Below, in pieces: positions 49,770 through 63,250 of a stretch of 64,000 nucleotides of DNA (positions within the stretch are counted from its first letter, which is position 1; each line of letters starts with the position of its first letter). Origin of the DNA: Octopus vulgaris (lineage: Eukaryota); NCBI GenBank assembly GCA_951406725.2, contig OX597817.1:108872001-108936000 (forward strand), written 5' to 3'. The notes below the pieces were generated by a model. The model was not told where the DNA came from, ran no database searches, and saw nothing but the letters and a program-made list of their open reading frames with translations. The position numbers and the translations under genes were made by a program.

Positions 49770-50520
49770 ATCTAAAATATACGCTTTTATTTTCTACAAT
49801 GTTCTTCCATCTATCTAGTGGACTTTCAAGGCCCCTCTTCCAAAATTCATTTGTTTATGACGAAAAATTCTCCCCCAATACTGTTCTCACCTCGTCTTCA
49901 GAATTCATATTTTTCCGTCTAAGTGATTTTGAAGAATGCGGAATAAATGATAATCAGATGGGCAACCTCCGGCGAATATGTGGGTGGGGCATCCTTTCCC
50001 ATTCAAATTACTCCAGCCTTTGTGGCAAACCATTATCCCGAAGGAAGCCCACCTTTCCTCTTGAAACCAAAGATGGTCGATTTTTCTTCTAGCGCTGACT
50101 TAAGTCGCACAAGCTGCTCGCAGTAGATCTCCTTTGTCATCGTTTGGTTTGGGTTTAAAAATGCAAAGTTGACAAAACATTTCAGTGACAAACAAATAAC
50201 AACACCTTACGTGGGTCAAGACCTTCTTTAGCCTTTCCCAACCCACTGTCTTCGGCGCTTGACATTTTTACAGAGAACCAATTTCTTGACCCCAGTCACT
50301 ATTTGGTCTAAAAAAAGGTTCATTTGTAGGTTTCCTAATTTTAATCATCAACCTTAAGCCATTGTTGGCTTCTAGCGAGGCTGGGTAGTATAGACATCCA
50401 TTAGAGAGAGTTGTACCATACAACTTCGTATTGTCAGGCGCTGCCTCTTGGCGATTACTACTATACCTTGTAAAAAGTGTCGGGGGAACAATATGCAAAT
50501 ATTCAGACCAAAAGGTAGCT
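49770..50520 (-). mobile_element. mariner-family transposase remnant
   Basis: Across frameshifts on the minus strand: LDQIVTGDKK..NVKRRRQW, GLDPRKVLL, FLRDN, YSPEVA/PSDYHLFRILQNHL and EFWKRGLESPLDRWKNIVEN. Confidence 0.85.
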
Positions 50521-51436
50521 GGGCAGCTACTTATTATTTTAAACCTGATGTATAAAAACCTATAAATTTGTTCTGAACTCAGAGAAATATAAATAGTAAG
50601 CAGTAATGTTTAAAACTAATAATCAGTGATAAGAAATAAACTATAACAAGTAAAGGAAAATGAGACTAAGACTACCATGTAATCCCAAATTATAAAACTA
50701 TTGGCACACACACACACACACACACACAAATACACGCAAACACACACCTTACAGAAGAATATGGAAGAAAAGACCCTCTAATATTCAAATTTGTAATGCC
50801 TAGTCCACCGATTATATTGTTTAGCTAAGTTTCCTGTAAATACGTAACCTAACTTTTATATCTTTTGCTTGTGCTTAAATCATCTAGTCGATAATTTCTC
50901 CGGATTTATTTGTATCTAACACGGATTACTTTGTATCTAAGCAAAAACAAAGAAGAAAAAAATTTACAAAATTGCTATTGTTCATGTTTTTTTTTTGTCC
51001 CACTTAATTTCAAATTACACATCTAGTGGTAACATTTCTATTTTCAAATGTTTTTTTCTCTCTTTTCCTAGTAATACATAATTTAAACATAGGAAATTCC
51101 GATTCCACCATGAAAATTGGATTAGCGTTAAGGGTTGGCTTTTAGATTTAAGATTAGGGTCCGTGCTAGGGTTTAGGTTTTTAGAAATAAGGTTAGGACT
51201 AGTGGTTAGGTTTAAGAGTTATGATTAGAATCAAGGTGTAGGATTAGGATGTAATATAAGGGTGAGAATCTAAGCTCAATGTTTGGTGTTAGTAGTTACA
51301 ATAGATTTTTCGGGTTCGCGTAAAATTGCTCACATTTATAACGGAATTGTGAGATTAAAAACAGTTGAATGAGTGTAAAATATTGTTTCAGAATTGAAAT
51401 CACCTATGTTTAAAACTTTGATATCTGAAAAATATT

Positions 51437-51664
51437 ACAGTTCTATATTTAAGAGATGAGGAATTATGTACATTATTTACATTATTTACATTCGAAGGAT
51501 ATTTGTCCTCATCATGTTTGTTGTTAACACAACGTTTCGGCTAATATACTCTCCAGTCTTCTTCAGGTGTCTTGGGGAAATTTCGAACCTGGGACCTTGG
51601 GCTTAGTAGCCCACGCTCTTAACCCCTACGGTATATACCCGTGGGCATATGGTGTAGTGGTTAA
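51437..51664 (-). mobile_element. Short element: tRNA-like head followed by a hammerhead ribozyme
   Basis: Minus strand: gggtatataccgtaggggttaagagcgtgggctactaagcccaaggtcccaggttcgaa (tRNA-like), then the hammerhead, then a tail ending ...aaatatagaactgt. The head is partly duplicated in inverted orientation (51619-51664). Confidence 0.65.
51526..51571 (-). ncRNA. Type I minimal hammerhead ribozyme
   Basis: Minus strand: gacac-CUGAAGA-a-gacug-gagaguauau-uagcc-GAAAC-GUU-guguu. Stem I gacac/guguu; stem III reduced to the palindrome AACGUU; one mismatch in stem II. Confidence 0.72.
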
Positions 51665-51886
51665 TATTCTTTACAAATATTTGTTTATAGATAATCTATA
51701 TCTTGTACTTAGTCTGAAGTTTAATTGTGTTTTTCCAAATGTTTTAGTCTAAGTTACATAAATGGTTTTCCTATGTTGCCGTTAATTCCCTGCGTCTTCA
51801 ACTTGGGGTACTCAGGGTATCTCAGTTAATATGTGTGTGCGTGCGCACGCGCAAGTGTGTATATATATATATATATAATATATATA

Positions 51887-52206
51887 GGCGCTGTGTCTTC
51901 TACAAGACCTTCGAGTCAACCAAAGCCTTGTGAGTGGATTTGGTAGACAGAAGCTGAAATAAGCCCGTCATGTATGTATATGTATATATTTGTGTGCCTA
52001 TGTTTGTCTCCCCCGCTACCATCGCTTAATAACTGATGTTGGTATGTTTATGTCCCCGTAACTTAGCGTTTCGGCAAAAGACATCGATAGAATAAGTAAT
52101 AGGGTTACGAAGAATAAGTCCTGGGGTCGATTTGTCCGACTAAATCTGGTGCTCCAGCATGTCCGCAGTCAAATGACTGAAGCAAGTAAAAGAATAAAAG
52201 AATAAA
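51887..52206 (+). mobile_element. SINE family B, head deleted
   Basis: ccaaagccttgtgagtggatttggtagac...gctccagcatgtccgcagtcaaatgactgaa matches the reverse complement of 10411-10750. Confidence 0.85.
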
Positions 52207-52810
52207 AGTACACATACATATAAATATAAATACACATGCACGCACTTGCTCACATACACACACACACACATATAGTTAGGAACGAGAGAAGAGAGGGAGA
52301 GGATGATAGAGAAAGAGAAGGAGAGTAAGAAAGAGAGAGAGAGAGAGAAAGGAGAGAGTAAGAGTGAGTATAGTGTAATTTTGTATGGTGTAAACAACAA
52401 CTTCATGCCCTTTGGGTAATTTCTTGATTATTTATTCCTTTCAAGTTGCCAGCTCATCTAAAGTCATGATCTGATCTTGTGATTTCTGTTGTCATATCCA
52501 GCTGCGCTGAATATGTTCGTTCTTTGAATTGCTATGCTAAACCACTCTGTTCTTGTATCTCATTTCTATGGCAATAACAAGTGTCATGGGTTCTTGACGC
52601 ACGTACAGTCCATCTAACCTTTATATACACATATACATACACATGTACGTATATTCAATGTGTCCATTTTGAATCCTATATAAGACTATTTTTTCTCTGC
52701 ATAGAATTTTTAATATATTTTACAGCTGTTATATTTCAATATATATATATATATATAAATATATAATTAATTAATAAGGGTGAGAGAATTATATATATAT
52801 ATATATATAC

Positions 52811-52885
<75 letters not shown>

Positions 52886-52887
<2 letters not shown>

Positions 52888-53642
52888 AACATAATCAAAT
52901 AGGGTAATAAAATAAATTATTATTACCAGTGGCCTAGCACAAAAGACGAATTAGTCATTAGACTATATATTTTTCGTATAGAAATATAATAAAAGGCTTC
53001 CAAATAAGGAAGCGTAGTGCTAGAAACACAAAAAGGGATAAATTCATGAAAGGAATGAAAATTAAAAACATTTACCATCTCAGCTATATCCCAGACCGAA
53101 CGGTTTCTACCTATTTTTAGCAAACACACAGAATATATTTGCTAGGCCAGGTTCTTCAGTGGGAAGCCTTCGTAATCCTAGACGCACAGACTGTTAGAAG
53201 CACATGCAGATCTAACTGTTTGTATATCCTAACTTTGCAAACCTCTGCGCAGACGCAAACCATACCCGGCGAACAGAGAGGATGCCGGTAAAAAATTTAC
53301 GAACAAATTTATCAAGCAATATTTAAACATAATCAAATAGGGTAATAAAATAAATTATTATTACCAGTGACCTAGCACAAAAGACGAATTAGTCATTAGA
53401 CTATATAATAAAAGGCTTCCAAATAAGGAAGCGTAGCGCTAGAAACACAAAAAGGGATTAATTCCTTATTTAGAAACACAAAAGGGGATAAATTCCTTAT
53501 TTGGAAGACTTTTATTATATTTCTATACGAAAAATATATAGTCTAATGACTAATTCGGCTTTTGTGCTAGGCCACAGGTAATAATAACTTATTTTATTAC
53601 CCTATTTGATTATGTTTAAATATTGCTTGATAAATTTGTTCG
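52886..53642 (-). mobile_element. Hammerhead-containing repeat unit with a partial tandem copy and an inverted copy (Penelope pseudo-LTR/retrozyme-like)
   Basis: 52886-53045 recurs at 53324-53465 (period 438 bp). 53300-53430 recurs inverted at about 53492-53642. Abuts (TA)n. Confidence 0.8.
53096..53162 (-). ncRNA. Type I minimal hammerhead ribozyme, weak stem I
   Basis: Minus strand: cca-CUGAAGA-accu..uagcaaa...uuugcua..aggu-a-GAAAC-c-GUU-cgg. Core intact, long stem II, A-C mismatch closing stem I. Confidence 0.6.
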
Positions 53643-56364
53643 AAGGAGAAAATATTTTGTGTTTCTTATTTGTCTTTCTGTATTCATAAGAAATCTATTT
53701 GCTACAAATCATTTCATCAAACACTAATTATTTCCATGTTTGGACCTTAACTTCATTTGGAAAGCGTCTAACTTAACACACATGAACCCCGCATCACTTA
53801 ATAAACCATCCGTAATATACGTTTACTATCATAACTAACTAAATAATAATCTCTATGAATCGAACTATTTTGCACCATTTTAGGCTTTACATTCTTTTTA
53901 AATAGGAGATTTCTTTCTAATATTTACTTGAAAGACGTGATAAATGTAAGAGTACTGATTACTTATGTACCTGATTTTCATATTTCTAAGTAAACAATTT
54001 TTTGTGCCGAACGTTCATTGGAAAAAAGTTAAGAATTTAGAGTTAAAGTATGTTATATAAATGCCAAGAGCAAAACTAGATTTAATCGCGCACAGTGCAA
54101 AACAATATGTGGTATCCATAAAGCCAGTGCTCATTCCACTTGTGACTAAATAACATTGTAACACTCATACCTCTCACTGGGAATAATAAAACTAATATTC
54201 AGTTTCGTAGTCTTTCTTTGCTGATTGAATCTTTCAAATTTAATAAAATCAATTTCATCTTGCTTACAGCAAGCAATCAAAACTGAAATAGTGAGCATTA
54301 TCAGAATAGCTACACTTAAAATTGATAAAACAATTTCTTCTCTATAGATAATATATTTCTGGAATTTCTCGGTTTTAAGAAATCTGACTTTTCAGATGTA
54401 TGTTACAGCCAAGGTTTCTTCTTACATTTCCAATCATCTATATTATTTTTGTCAGTTTTGAGTTAACTTTTCGTTAGACTATTTAGGTTAAGGTTGCTGC
54501 GATTTGATTTGAGTCAAACGGAAATTATCTAAAAGAAATTTTAATATTAATTGAAGTTTTGGTGACGGCCAGATACTTCTACCACTTCATTATGTACACG
54601 ATCACCAATATCTTTCACCATTTATTTTAATTTCTTCTTTCGCTGATAATCGTATAATTTTGGATTTTTCACCGATATCTCATTTATTACAGTTTTAAGT
54701 GACACACTAATTAATGATTTTGCCTGCTTAAAACTATCACTATATTACAAGTATGGTAAATCCGAATCTGAATTTTACTTCATATCCAAGTAGAACTTAA
54801 TCAATTGTCAAAAATTTTTCTTGAAACGTCCTTTAAATATCAAAATTATTTTGCAAAAACTCATCCATGATTCAGCGTATTCCCAAACTGGCTTCAAAGT
54901 CTCTGCTCGGCACTGAGATTGAGATTTTACTACTATTTTCATATGTAAGCTTTGCCAACGAAAGTCTGAACTGCAAAAGAATGAAAAAAAGGTAACTGAT
55001 CAGCAATGGGAAAAGGTACAATTATTATATAATGTTTAGCAATTTGTTGAGGCAGCTATTACCTTAGTTTACAAATATAATTATATGCTTAAATCCGCTT
55101 ATGAAAATTATGACTATCCATGACTATAAACTTTTAATAGTATTTCTTCTTTTAAACTGTTAAACTATCAAATATTACTTACTTGTTAACTACATCTTCT
55201 CATTTTAATTTAATAAATCCATGCACATCTATAAAATGTTTCCCCTTAAGTCTTTATGAACAGAAAATTTTTTTTCTGCCACTACTTTCAATGTGTTTGG
55301 GCTAAATTACAATGAAAAATGAGGTTAGAATATTTGGTTTTGTGAATTCTGCATAGCAATTTTTGGTAAACTGTAAAAACCATCACAGGAATCTATTTTA
55401 TCCCGCAAGTGTTTTTCTACATTACTGAAACGTACTTTCATGGTATAATCAATATCAATTGAGAATCGAAATATCATCCCAAAATTTCCAAAATAGCTTT
55501 CCTTTTCTTTTTTTTCTTTAGGAATCCTTGTGGCTGCCATCTACAATCATTTTAGTTGCTAAACTGTTATGCACTCAAGAGGAAATTTAACTTTGAAGGC
55601 CTGTACCATGATTTTTCTGTTGTTTAAAACGTTTCCTCTAATTTTCTTCTACGGAATGGCTCAGTATCGAGGATTTTTGCTTCCTTTTTCATAGGTATTC
55701 AGTATTTTTAATGCGTCTCAATGATCGAATCCGTTTTTTTACTTTCTAATGTAAGCTGATTATTCTTTCGTGAAAAATAGTAAACAGAAAAGTGAAGTAG
55801 CTACGTTCCCTAAAGAATAAACAAGCTTAAGAGTTCCAAATTTCTACAAATCCATTTCCAACACTCTTTTAAATCGGCTTTCATTCATTGATTGTTTTTG
55901 ATGAGAGCAAATAGCGCTTTATTATTTTGTACCTCGAATATTATGGGGCTATTTCTGTCTGTACGCCATCATCATATCTTATACGATATAAAATCCCATG
56001 AAAGTTACGTTGTGATGGTGTGCTTCATTCCCTTATTAGTTGCATTTTTTCCATATATTTCAATATTCTAAGTTATATTATATATTGCGTCTATGAAAGA
56101 TATTATGTGTTCATGATATAAAAAAAAGAAACATTAAATTTTCATTCTGATGCACTGGCGGATCTATTTCTAAGTAGTGCAGTAGTGCATGTTGATTAAT
56201 AAACTAGAGTTTCCAAAATATTATATCACAAAAACCAGTTGATCTTGTAGCGTTTTGCATATTTCATTGCTGCCTTGTGACCTACACAACTTCAATTTCA
56301 ATAAGGTCAATGTTTAATTCATGTTTAACTTTTCTAAAGAAATAAGCATATAGCTCATGCACAT

Positions 56365-56395
<31 letters not shown>

Positions 56396-57344
56396 CACAC
56401 ACATGTGTATATATGTGAGATTTTGCGGAAGTGGTTTCAGAGTCAATATTTAATACACATGAATTTGTAACATCAGTAATGGTACCAATATTTAAATTAA
56501 ATATTGCCAATAACTAATTAATTTAATGGTGTAACTAGCTAAACATCATCGTTCAATTGAGCAACCAAAGTGATATGGTAATCTACAAAGTTATACCAAT
56601 AAATAGCAATATATGTTTGCATTGTCCAACATTAAAATTTGGAAAATTTGAAAACAGGAAAAAAAATTAAAATTTATATATGATAGAATACAAATATTTT
56701 AAATTGAACAAACAATATATACAATGCTTTCTAGCTCAAACAAAAGAAAAATACCTTAAATTAAGCTGTTAATAATTCATTTACGTTACGAAACATAGAT
56801 TTCAGGGAACAAAAAGCACTGAATTATCAAACACATTGGAATCAGATGTATGCGATATATAATTGCAGCGGCGAATGGTCTATTTGATTTTGCAGCATGA
56901 TTTGAGGGAAAAGTAAATTTTACAATTGAAATGCCAAAATCAAGATATATACAGCATATGAAGATTCTTTTCATGTGATTATTCTTCCTTAAAACTACCC
57001 ACCTTCTTATTCTAAGCAAGAACGCCTAGCAAAATATGATATATCTAAATAAAGCATTGAAATAATTCTTGCATTACATAATCACACAGTATTTCTTACA
57101 TTGAACCAATGTTAGCCTGCATATACAGTGTGTTACACTCATTATATATTAAAATATTTCCCTCTCCATCTAAATCAGAGTTTCTCAATAATTTTTTACT
57201 TATGCACTCCTTTGAAAAACTACTTTATTCTGGTGTACCCCATAACCATTCAATGTCTACAATGTCTACAATGTCTACTTTTATAGATACTTCTTCCAAA
57301 ATTCCTATTTTGTCTTTCACACAATTAACTTGTGAAAAATGAAC

Positions 57345-57450
57345 TGTGTAAATACTACTGTGGATCCCCAATTTCCTCTTTTGTTGCATGGAACCCCCAA
57401 AATCTTATATTGACACTCAGTGGCCATATGGATCCTAGTTGAGAACCACT
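57345..57450 (-). mobile_element. One end of a hAT-type MITE
   Basis: Minus strand begins CAGTGGTTCTCAAC, a typical hAT-Charlie TIR. The partner TIR was not found. Confidence 0.5.
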
Positions 57451-59573
57451 GATCTAAATTGAGTTCTCTTACTCGTTGTTTGCAGGTATATCCATATGCA
57501 TGTATATTTGACATGATTTCTTATAGTTTCGCTGAAAGTAAGTCTTACACCTAATAAACCACATATTCCCTGAGCCCTCAACGTCAGAGTTAATGAAGTT
57601 ATCTTAACCATCTGTATATAATTACGTATGTATTTTAGTTTTAATGTATCTTCGTGTTTATATGTTTATGTGTGTGTGCGTGCATTGAAGTACATAAGTA
57701 TATGTATATGTTTATATACTTGTCCCGGCACAGTACAAACATACATACAGACACACACACACAAAATTATGCTAATTTAGATATTTTCATCTATCACTGG
57801 CCCATGCCATCTTTAACTTTATAGCACTGTCTTGTAAAATTCTTTAGGTCATGTTTAAGCCGCGTTTCGTGCTACCATATCGCTCCCAAATAGAGAGTAA
57901 TTGTGAGCTACGCTCATGTCATATATATTACATATTTCGAAATATTTATTAACTAGTGTCTGCATTAAAAATGGGTATTTACTCAAACAATTTGGATATT
58001 ACAAATATCAACACAACAGTGATAATGAAGAATATTTCTTTAAATCCACTGCAGACCACAATCCTGGCAAACTGTCAATACTGGATAACGTAGTCGACAC
58101 TGTGTCACGTGATGTTTATGGGTGAAGCATTTTTGATTATTGGTATTCCCAATCAGAACTGACCAGAGGCCAAGCACCAACAATTTAATCTCGCATTGTA
58201 ATAAAAAAACGGGACTTTTCTGACAGAATATGAAGTAACTTCAACCGTTTCAAACAATTGTTTTATATCGATTTCTAAGACATAGAAGATTTCTTTCTTT
58301 TCAAAAGATTCTTTTGGTATTTAATAGGCTCTTAACATTAATTTTATTAGTTCAGAATATGCGAATTCACTTGGATAATGTTCAATAGGTGGAGATAACA
58401 TTTATTGGACATCATATTTGGTTGAAGTTACTTCATTTTCCTTTTAAATAATATTCTTGTTTTCTATTAGCCTAGTTATTGAAAGCCAAGTTTTCTACAA
58501 AGAATGCATTTATGGCTTTATTCTGACCTGTTCTTTTACTGGTTGTAATGAATATATTCATTTTGGCAGAGATAAAACATATTAATTGTGGATGGCGTTA
58601 CTTGCCCTGATTCTTAGTGAAATCTTTACGTTATCTCGAAAACAGCTGATGTATGCTTTAAAATTTTAATTCATATTTTACCATTATTGATAACTAGGGC
58701 ATAATTCAAATAAAGAGATAAGAGAGCTTCGGTACCAAGTAGCAAAAGATGTAAATTATTTCGCTGTCATTGAAGAGATTTTAAGCAATATCGGTTGACT
58801 ACAGCAGTAATAATTTATCATGTGCGTGAATGGGATTTTTTACGCATAAAACCACAAGGAAGAACAATTTCAAATGAAAGTAGAGTAACGCTTTTCAGCA
58901 AGAAGTCAGATTCTTATACTCTTTTGTGTTTTCTTCTTTTACTACGCATCAATCATACTCACAGTTATGATGTTGATATTGCTTATAATGCTAAAAACAT
59001 TTGTAAATCTTGAAAACTGAAGAAACTGTATACAATTTCTTACAGTGTTTAGTCTTGTCTCTAACATTCATTATTTACATATGTTTGCAGCTCAATCATG
59101 TTTTATTTTCTAGAAAATGTCCACAAATGGAAATATTCGTTTCGAATACATAATGTTCACTTGCACCACCCTTTAGACCCTTTTTATTTTATCAGCTACC
59201 ATTACCTCCAAATACACTGAAGTTTTTCGAGTGCCTAAGAAAAAGATATATAAAAAACTAATGATTCTTCATCCGGTAACCCAACATGATGCCTACTTGT
59301 CTGGCACTAATTCTCAAATGACACATTCTGATCTTATCTTAATAGATTTGATACATTAAAAGCCATAAATAAAGAATACACAATATTTTGAATCTGTACT
59401 GTTATGATCTGTTAAATTGTAAAAATTACTCTCTATCCGTATTTGTTTTACAAATATGTTTTGAATATCAGTTCTAAAGTTTATCGATTCTACACAAAAC
59501 ATAGCAATAGAAAAATATGTATGATAAAATAGCGTTTTCTAAGAGACATATTAAACAGCATTATTATTGGCTT

Positions 59574-59574
<1 letters not shown>

Positions 59575-59655
<81 letters not shown>

Positions 59656-59663
59656 TTATAATG

Positions 59664-59695
<32 letters not shown>

Positions 59696-59696
59696 A
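59575..59696. repeat. (TA)n microsatellite
   Basis: Direct reading. Confidence 0.95.
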
Positions 59697-60360
59697 TGGA
59701 ATAATGAAAACAGGAACACAGAATAACAAACAAATATAAAACATAAATATATAAATATACAACCATGAGAGGATAAAGAATATTATATTCACCTCTAATT
59801 TTATGAAAAGAGACTTTGTAGGGTTGTAACGTTCTAGGGTTATGCTACATTGTCAAGAGGAGACTTAGATTTTAAAAGAATGGATTATAAAATAGTTTGT
59901 GTATGGTTTGAATCTCCAGATTTATTGAAGAGATGACATCATATTGCTTGACAGTCATGTCGTTTTGAAGATAATTAGTGACTTAAAGCGAACTTCATCA
60001 CGCATATTGTTATTGTGTACAAACCGTCTATAAACAAAATACGTGAAGTCGGTTTATACCGATAATCGATACAAAAATTTATTTCATCATGCAGTATGCT
60101 TCTCTGAGTATTTAAATCTCTTATTTGTTTTGGTGATTAATGATCAAAGTTTGAGCTGATGCTGCATGAACGCAAACCAATCAGTATATAGTTTGCCAAA
60201 CAACCAATTTAAAGAGAATTAGAGGAAATGAAATACTTAATTTCTATTCCCTTATTAAATGAATAAAATTAATTTCTGAAGAAATATTCAAAAGCCGGTT
60301 AATGAACGCTTCTGGAGTGAAAATAACGACGGTGATTAATATAGTTTACTTTTTATTATG

Positions 60361-60361
<1 letters not shown>

Positions 60362-60444
<83 letters not shown>

Positions 60445-60456
60445 GTGTGTGTGCGT
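60362..60456. repeat. (TG)n microsatellite
   Basis: Direct reading. Confidence 0.95.
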
Positions 60457-61531
60457 GAGTATATGTGTATTCGTTGCTAAATTCGTGCTCAGAAAAATCA
60501 AAATTGTTTCATTTCCGGTGATAATTAAATGGCGATATATTCTTATAAGTATGTAACGTTTTGCTATTGACAGTATGGCGCTGAACGTTGCAAGATCAAT
60601 TATTATAAAAATTGGTATATGTGCCAAAACTAAAACTATTGATTCCCCAAATGACAATTTGAAGACGAGTCCATTAATGTAAGTGTAAAAATGGAAGGGT
60701 GTGCGGGCGGAGAATATTTTATTCCCATTGTCGGTCTAAATGATGAGAGGTAGCATTTGTTGGACTTCTAAATAAGATGAAAGAAAAGAACCGATTCAAG
60801 ATTTTCTTTTGAATCAATGTACAGCTTGAAAGAATGATGCCTGTAGAGACTTTTAGATGGAAAATCGATAGAATCTATTGTAGATAAAATTATTTCAGAG
60901 AAAGCTTAACGCTATTTTCTAATCTATAGGAAAAAAGTATGTAGATGGAGGTAAATAGAAATGTAAAAAGTATTTATATAAGCAGTCATCTAATAACAAA
61001 GATGTGTTTGCCGTGAATGAATCAAGAAAACAAAGGCCATGTAAATAATATTTAAAATATTAGATGAAATATGAAATGTCTTACAGAGTTTGCACAACAT
61101 TAAATTTGGAAGAAAAATCACCCACTCCGGAAAAGCAACAGCTGTATTTATTTCAGATATGATGATAAAAGTTAATGCCAAACGTCCAGAAGTATAATAG
61201 AGGTAAGTGTGTGTATGTGTGTGCGTATGGCGTTATCTTTAGGTGTACATATATTCTGGTGCATATTCATCACGTACTATTTTGTAGTCATGCACACGTA
61301 CACACATAGATATGTAAAGATATTTGAAATTATGTACGAATGTATGTAAGTATGTATGTATGAATGTCGTCGACGAACGATATACATATAACTGCGCTTA
61401 AGCATGATGCGTCCGTATCAGAAGTTCTCTCAAAGAAAATAATGCAGCATTCGCTGTTCTAACAAAACATCCACTTAATTTCGAGATAAAATTGCCTATA
61501 TGTATGAGTGTATGTGTATATATGTGTATAA

Positions 61532-61572
<41 letters not shown>

Positions 61573-62398
61573 TATGTGTATAAAAGAAGGAAAATGCACA
61601 CAGGTTACATAGTTTTAATATGTTTTAAATGAACGGGTATTGTGGTTGTTGACCGGTTTCGCTTTCGCTAATCATGACATTGAAATTATTGTGATTTCGT
61701 ATTTTCTTAAGATTTTAGTCCATGTCCTTGTATGTAACTTTGTGGATGAATCAACAAGTAGAAAAATCAATCTAAAGTGAGGTAATTGGTGATAGTTATT
61801 ACTCGGGATAGGGGTGGGCTAATTGCTCATTTTTGGCGGGTGATAACTGAACATACAAAAACTGAACATACAAAAATATGATAAAGTAGTGAGAGGAAAT
61901 ATGTACAAATGTCTACAAATGGATATGTGATGATGAATTAAAATACCGAGACAAAAGTTGGTTACGTTCATATTTAGGCGAGTTTTTGATAAATAAATTT
62001 TCTTTACATAGACGTACTTGTAGAGAAAATGTTTCTTTGCACTGGTAGATGGGGAAAGCTGTGAAAACTTGTAAGACTAATGCAAGAGGGACAAAAATTG
62101 AGATAATTTACCTCCCGTGAGCTATATATGTATATAATGAGGGAGATAAATTGAATATTAATTTAATTAATATCAATAAAAAACCAGTAGCCTATCAAAT
62201 AAAAATTCTGAAAAATCAGAGAAAATTTCAATACATGTGTATATTTAGGGCTAAAAAACTACTATATGGACAGCCATATACTAGAAGAAGATCACATACG
62301 ATCTAACTACAAAGAAAGAATGTTCTCCAGAGAAAATTTAGCAAACACCAGAACATAGGCGGGCAAGACAGATGAAAATTATATAAAAATCAAGAATT

Positions 62399-62474
62399 GA
62401 TCGTATACCGGCTTCTTCTATTACCGAATAAATTAATTACGTAATCCTTCGTCCGTAGATTCATCAGTACGATC
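62399..62474 (-). ncRNA. Type I hammerhead ribozyme with one core substitution
   Basis: Minus strand: gaucgua-CUGAUGA-aucua...uagaa-GAAGC-cg-GUA-uacgauc. Perfect 7-bp stem I; GAAAC>GAAGC; stem III derives from the palindrome ACCGGU. Confidence 0.7.
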
Positions 62475-63078
62475 GTTCCAAAATCAACATAATTTGCAAA
62501 ACTAAACACTAGTTTTCTATATAAAACTTGACACGTGCTTAGTTCTTCCGATTAGAATTCTCTAATTCATAGTGTAGCAAAGCAGGATAATAAATTGAAT
62601 TTGTGCTATAACAAATAACATGCATCAGTGAGAGAAAGAAAAACCCACTTTACATAATCGGAAAAAAATTGCCTAATCTGCTGGTGTATCTGATATCCAG
62701 CTAATTACCACATCTTCCAACAGGACCATTACTTTGACGTGGGCAGAAATACTGACGACACATTTTAAAATTTAGGGTGATATATTGATGTATTCCTATA
62801 CGAGAGATATGCTATTAAATATATCACTGGAATATAGCTACAAATGTGGTGAATATTACAACAGAAATGGGGACACTTATCAATAAAGCATAAGGAACAT
62901 ATCTTGATAAACTGGAGAATCGAACAAGAAAGAAAAGAAAAAGAAAGACAACTATTAATGGTAAGTGTTAAAACATATTACAAGAATAAAAAAATTCAGT
63001 GGATATATGTGTGCGTGTGTGCATATATTTATGTATATGCGTACATGCGTATTCGTGTAATGTATGTATTTATCTCTC

Positions 63079-63250
<172 letters not shown>

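Noticed and set aside
51583-51640. Functional tRNA gene
   Set aside because: Acceptor and T stems are incomplete and the B box is imperfect; treated as a tRNA-derived head. The same applies to all SINE heads.
55325-58125. ORFs 55325-55540 (-) and 57916-58125 (+) as exons
   Set aside because: Weak splice context and no recognisable domain.
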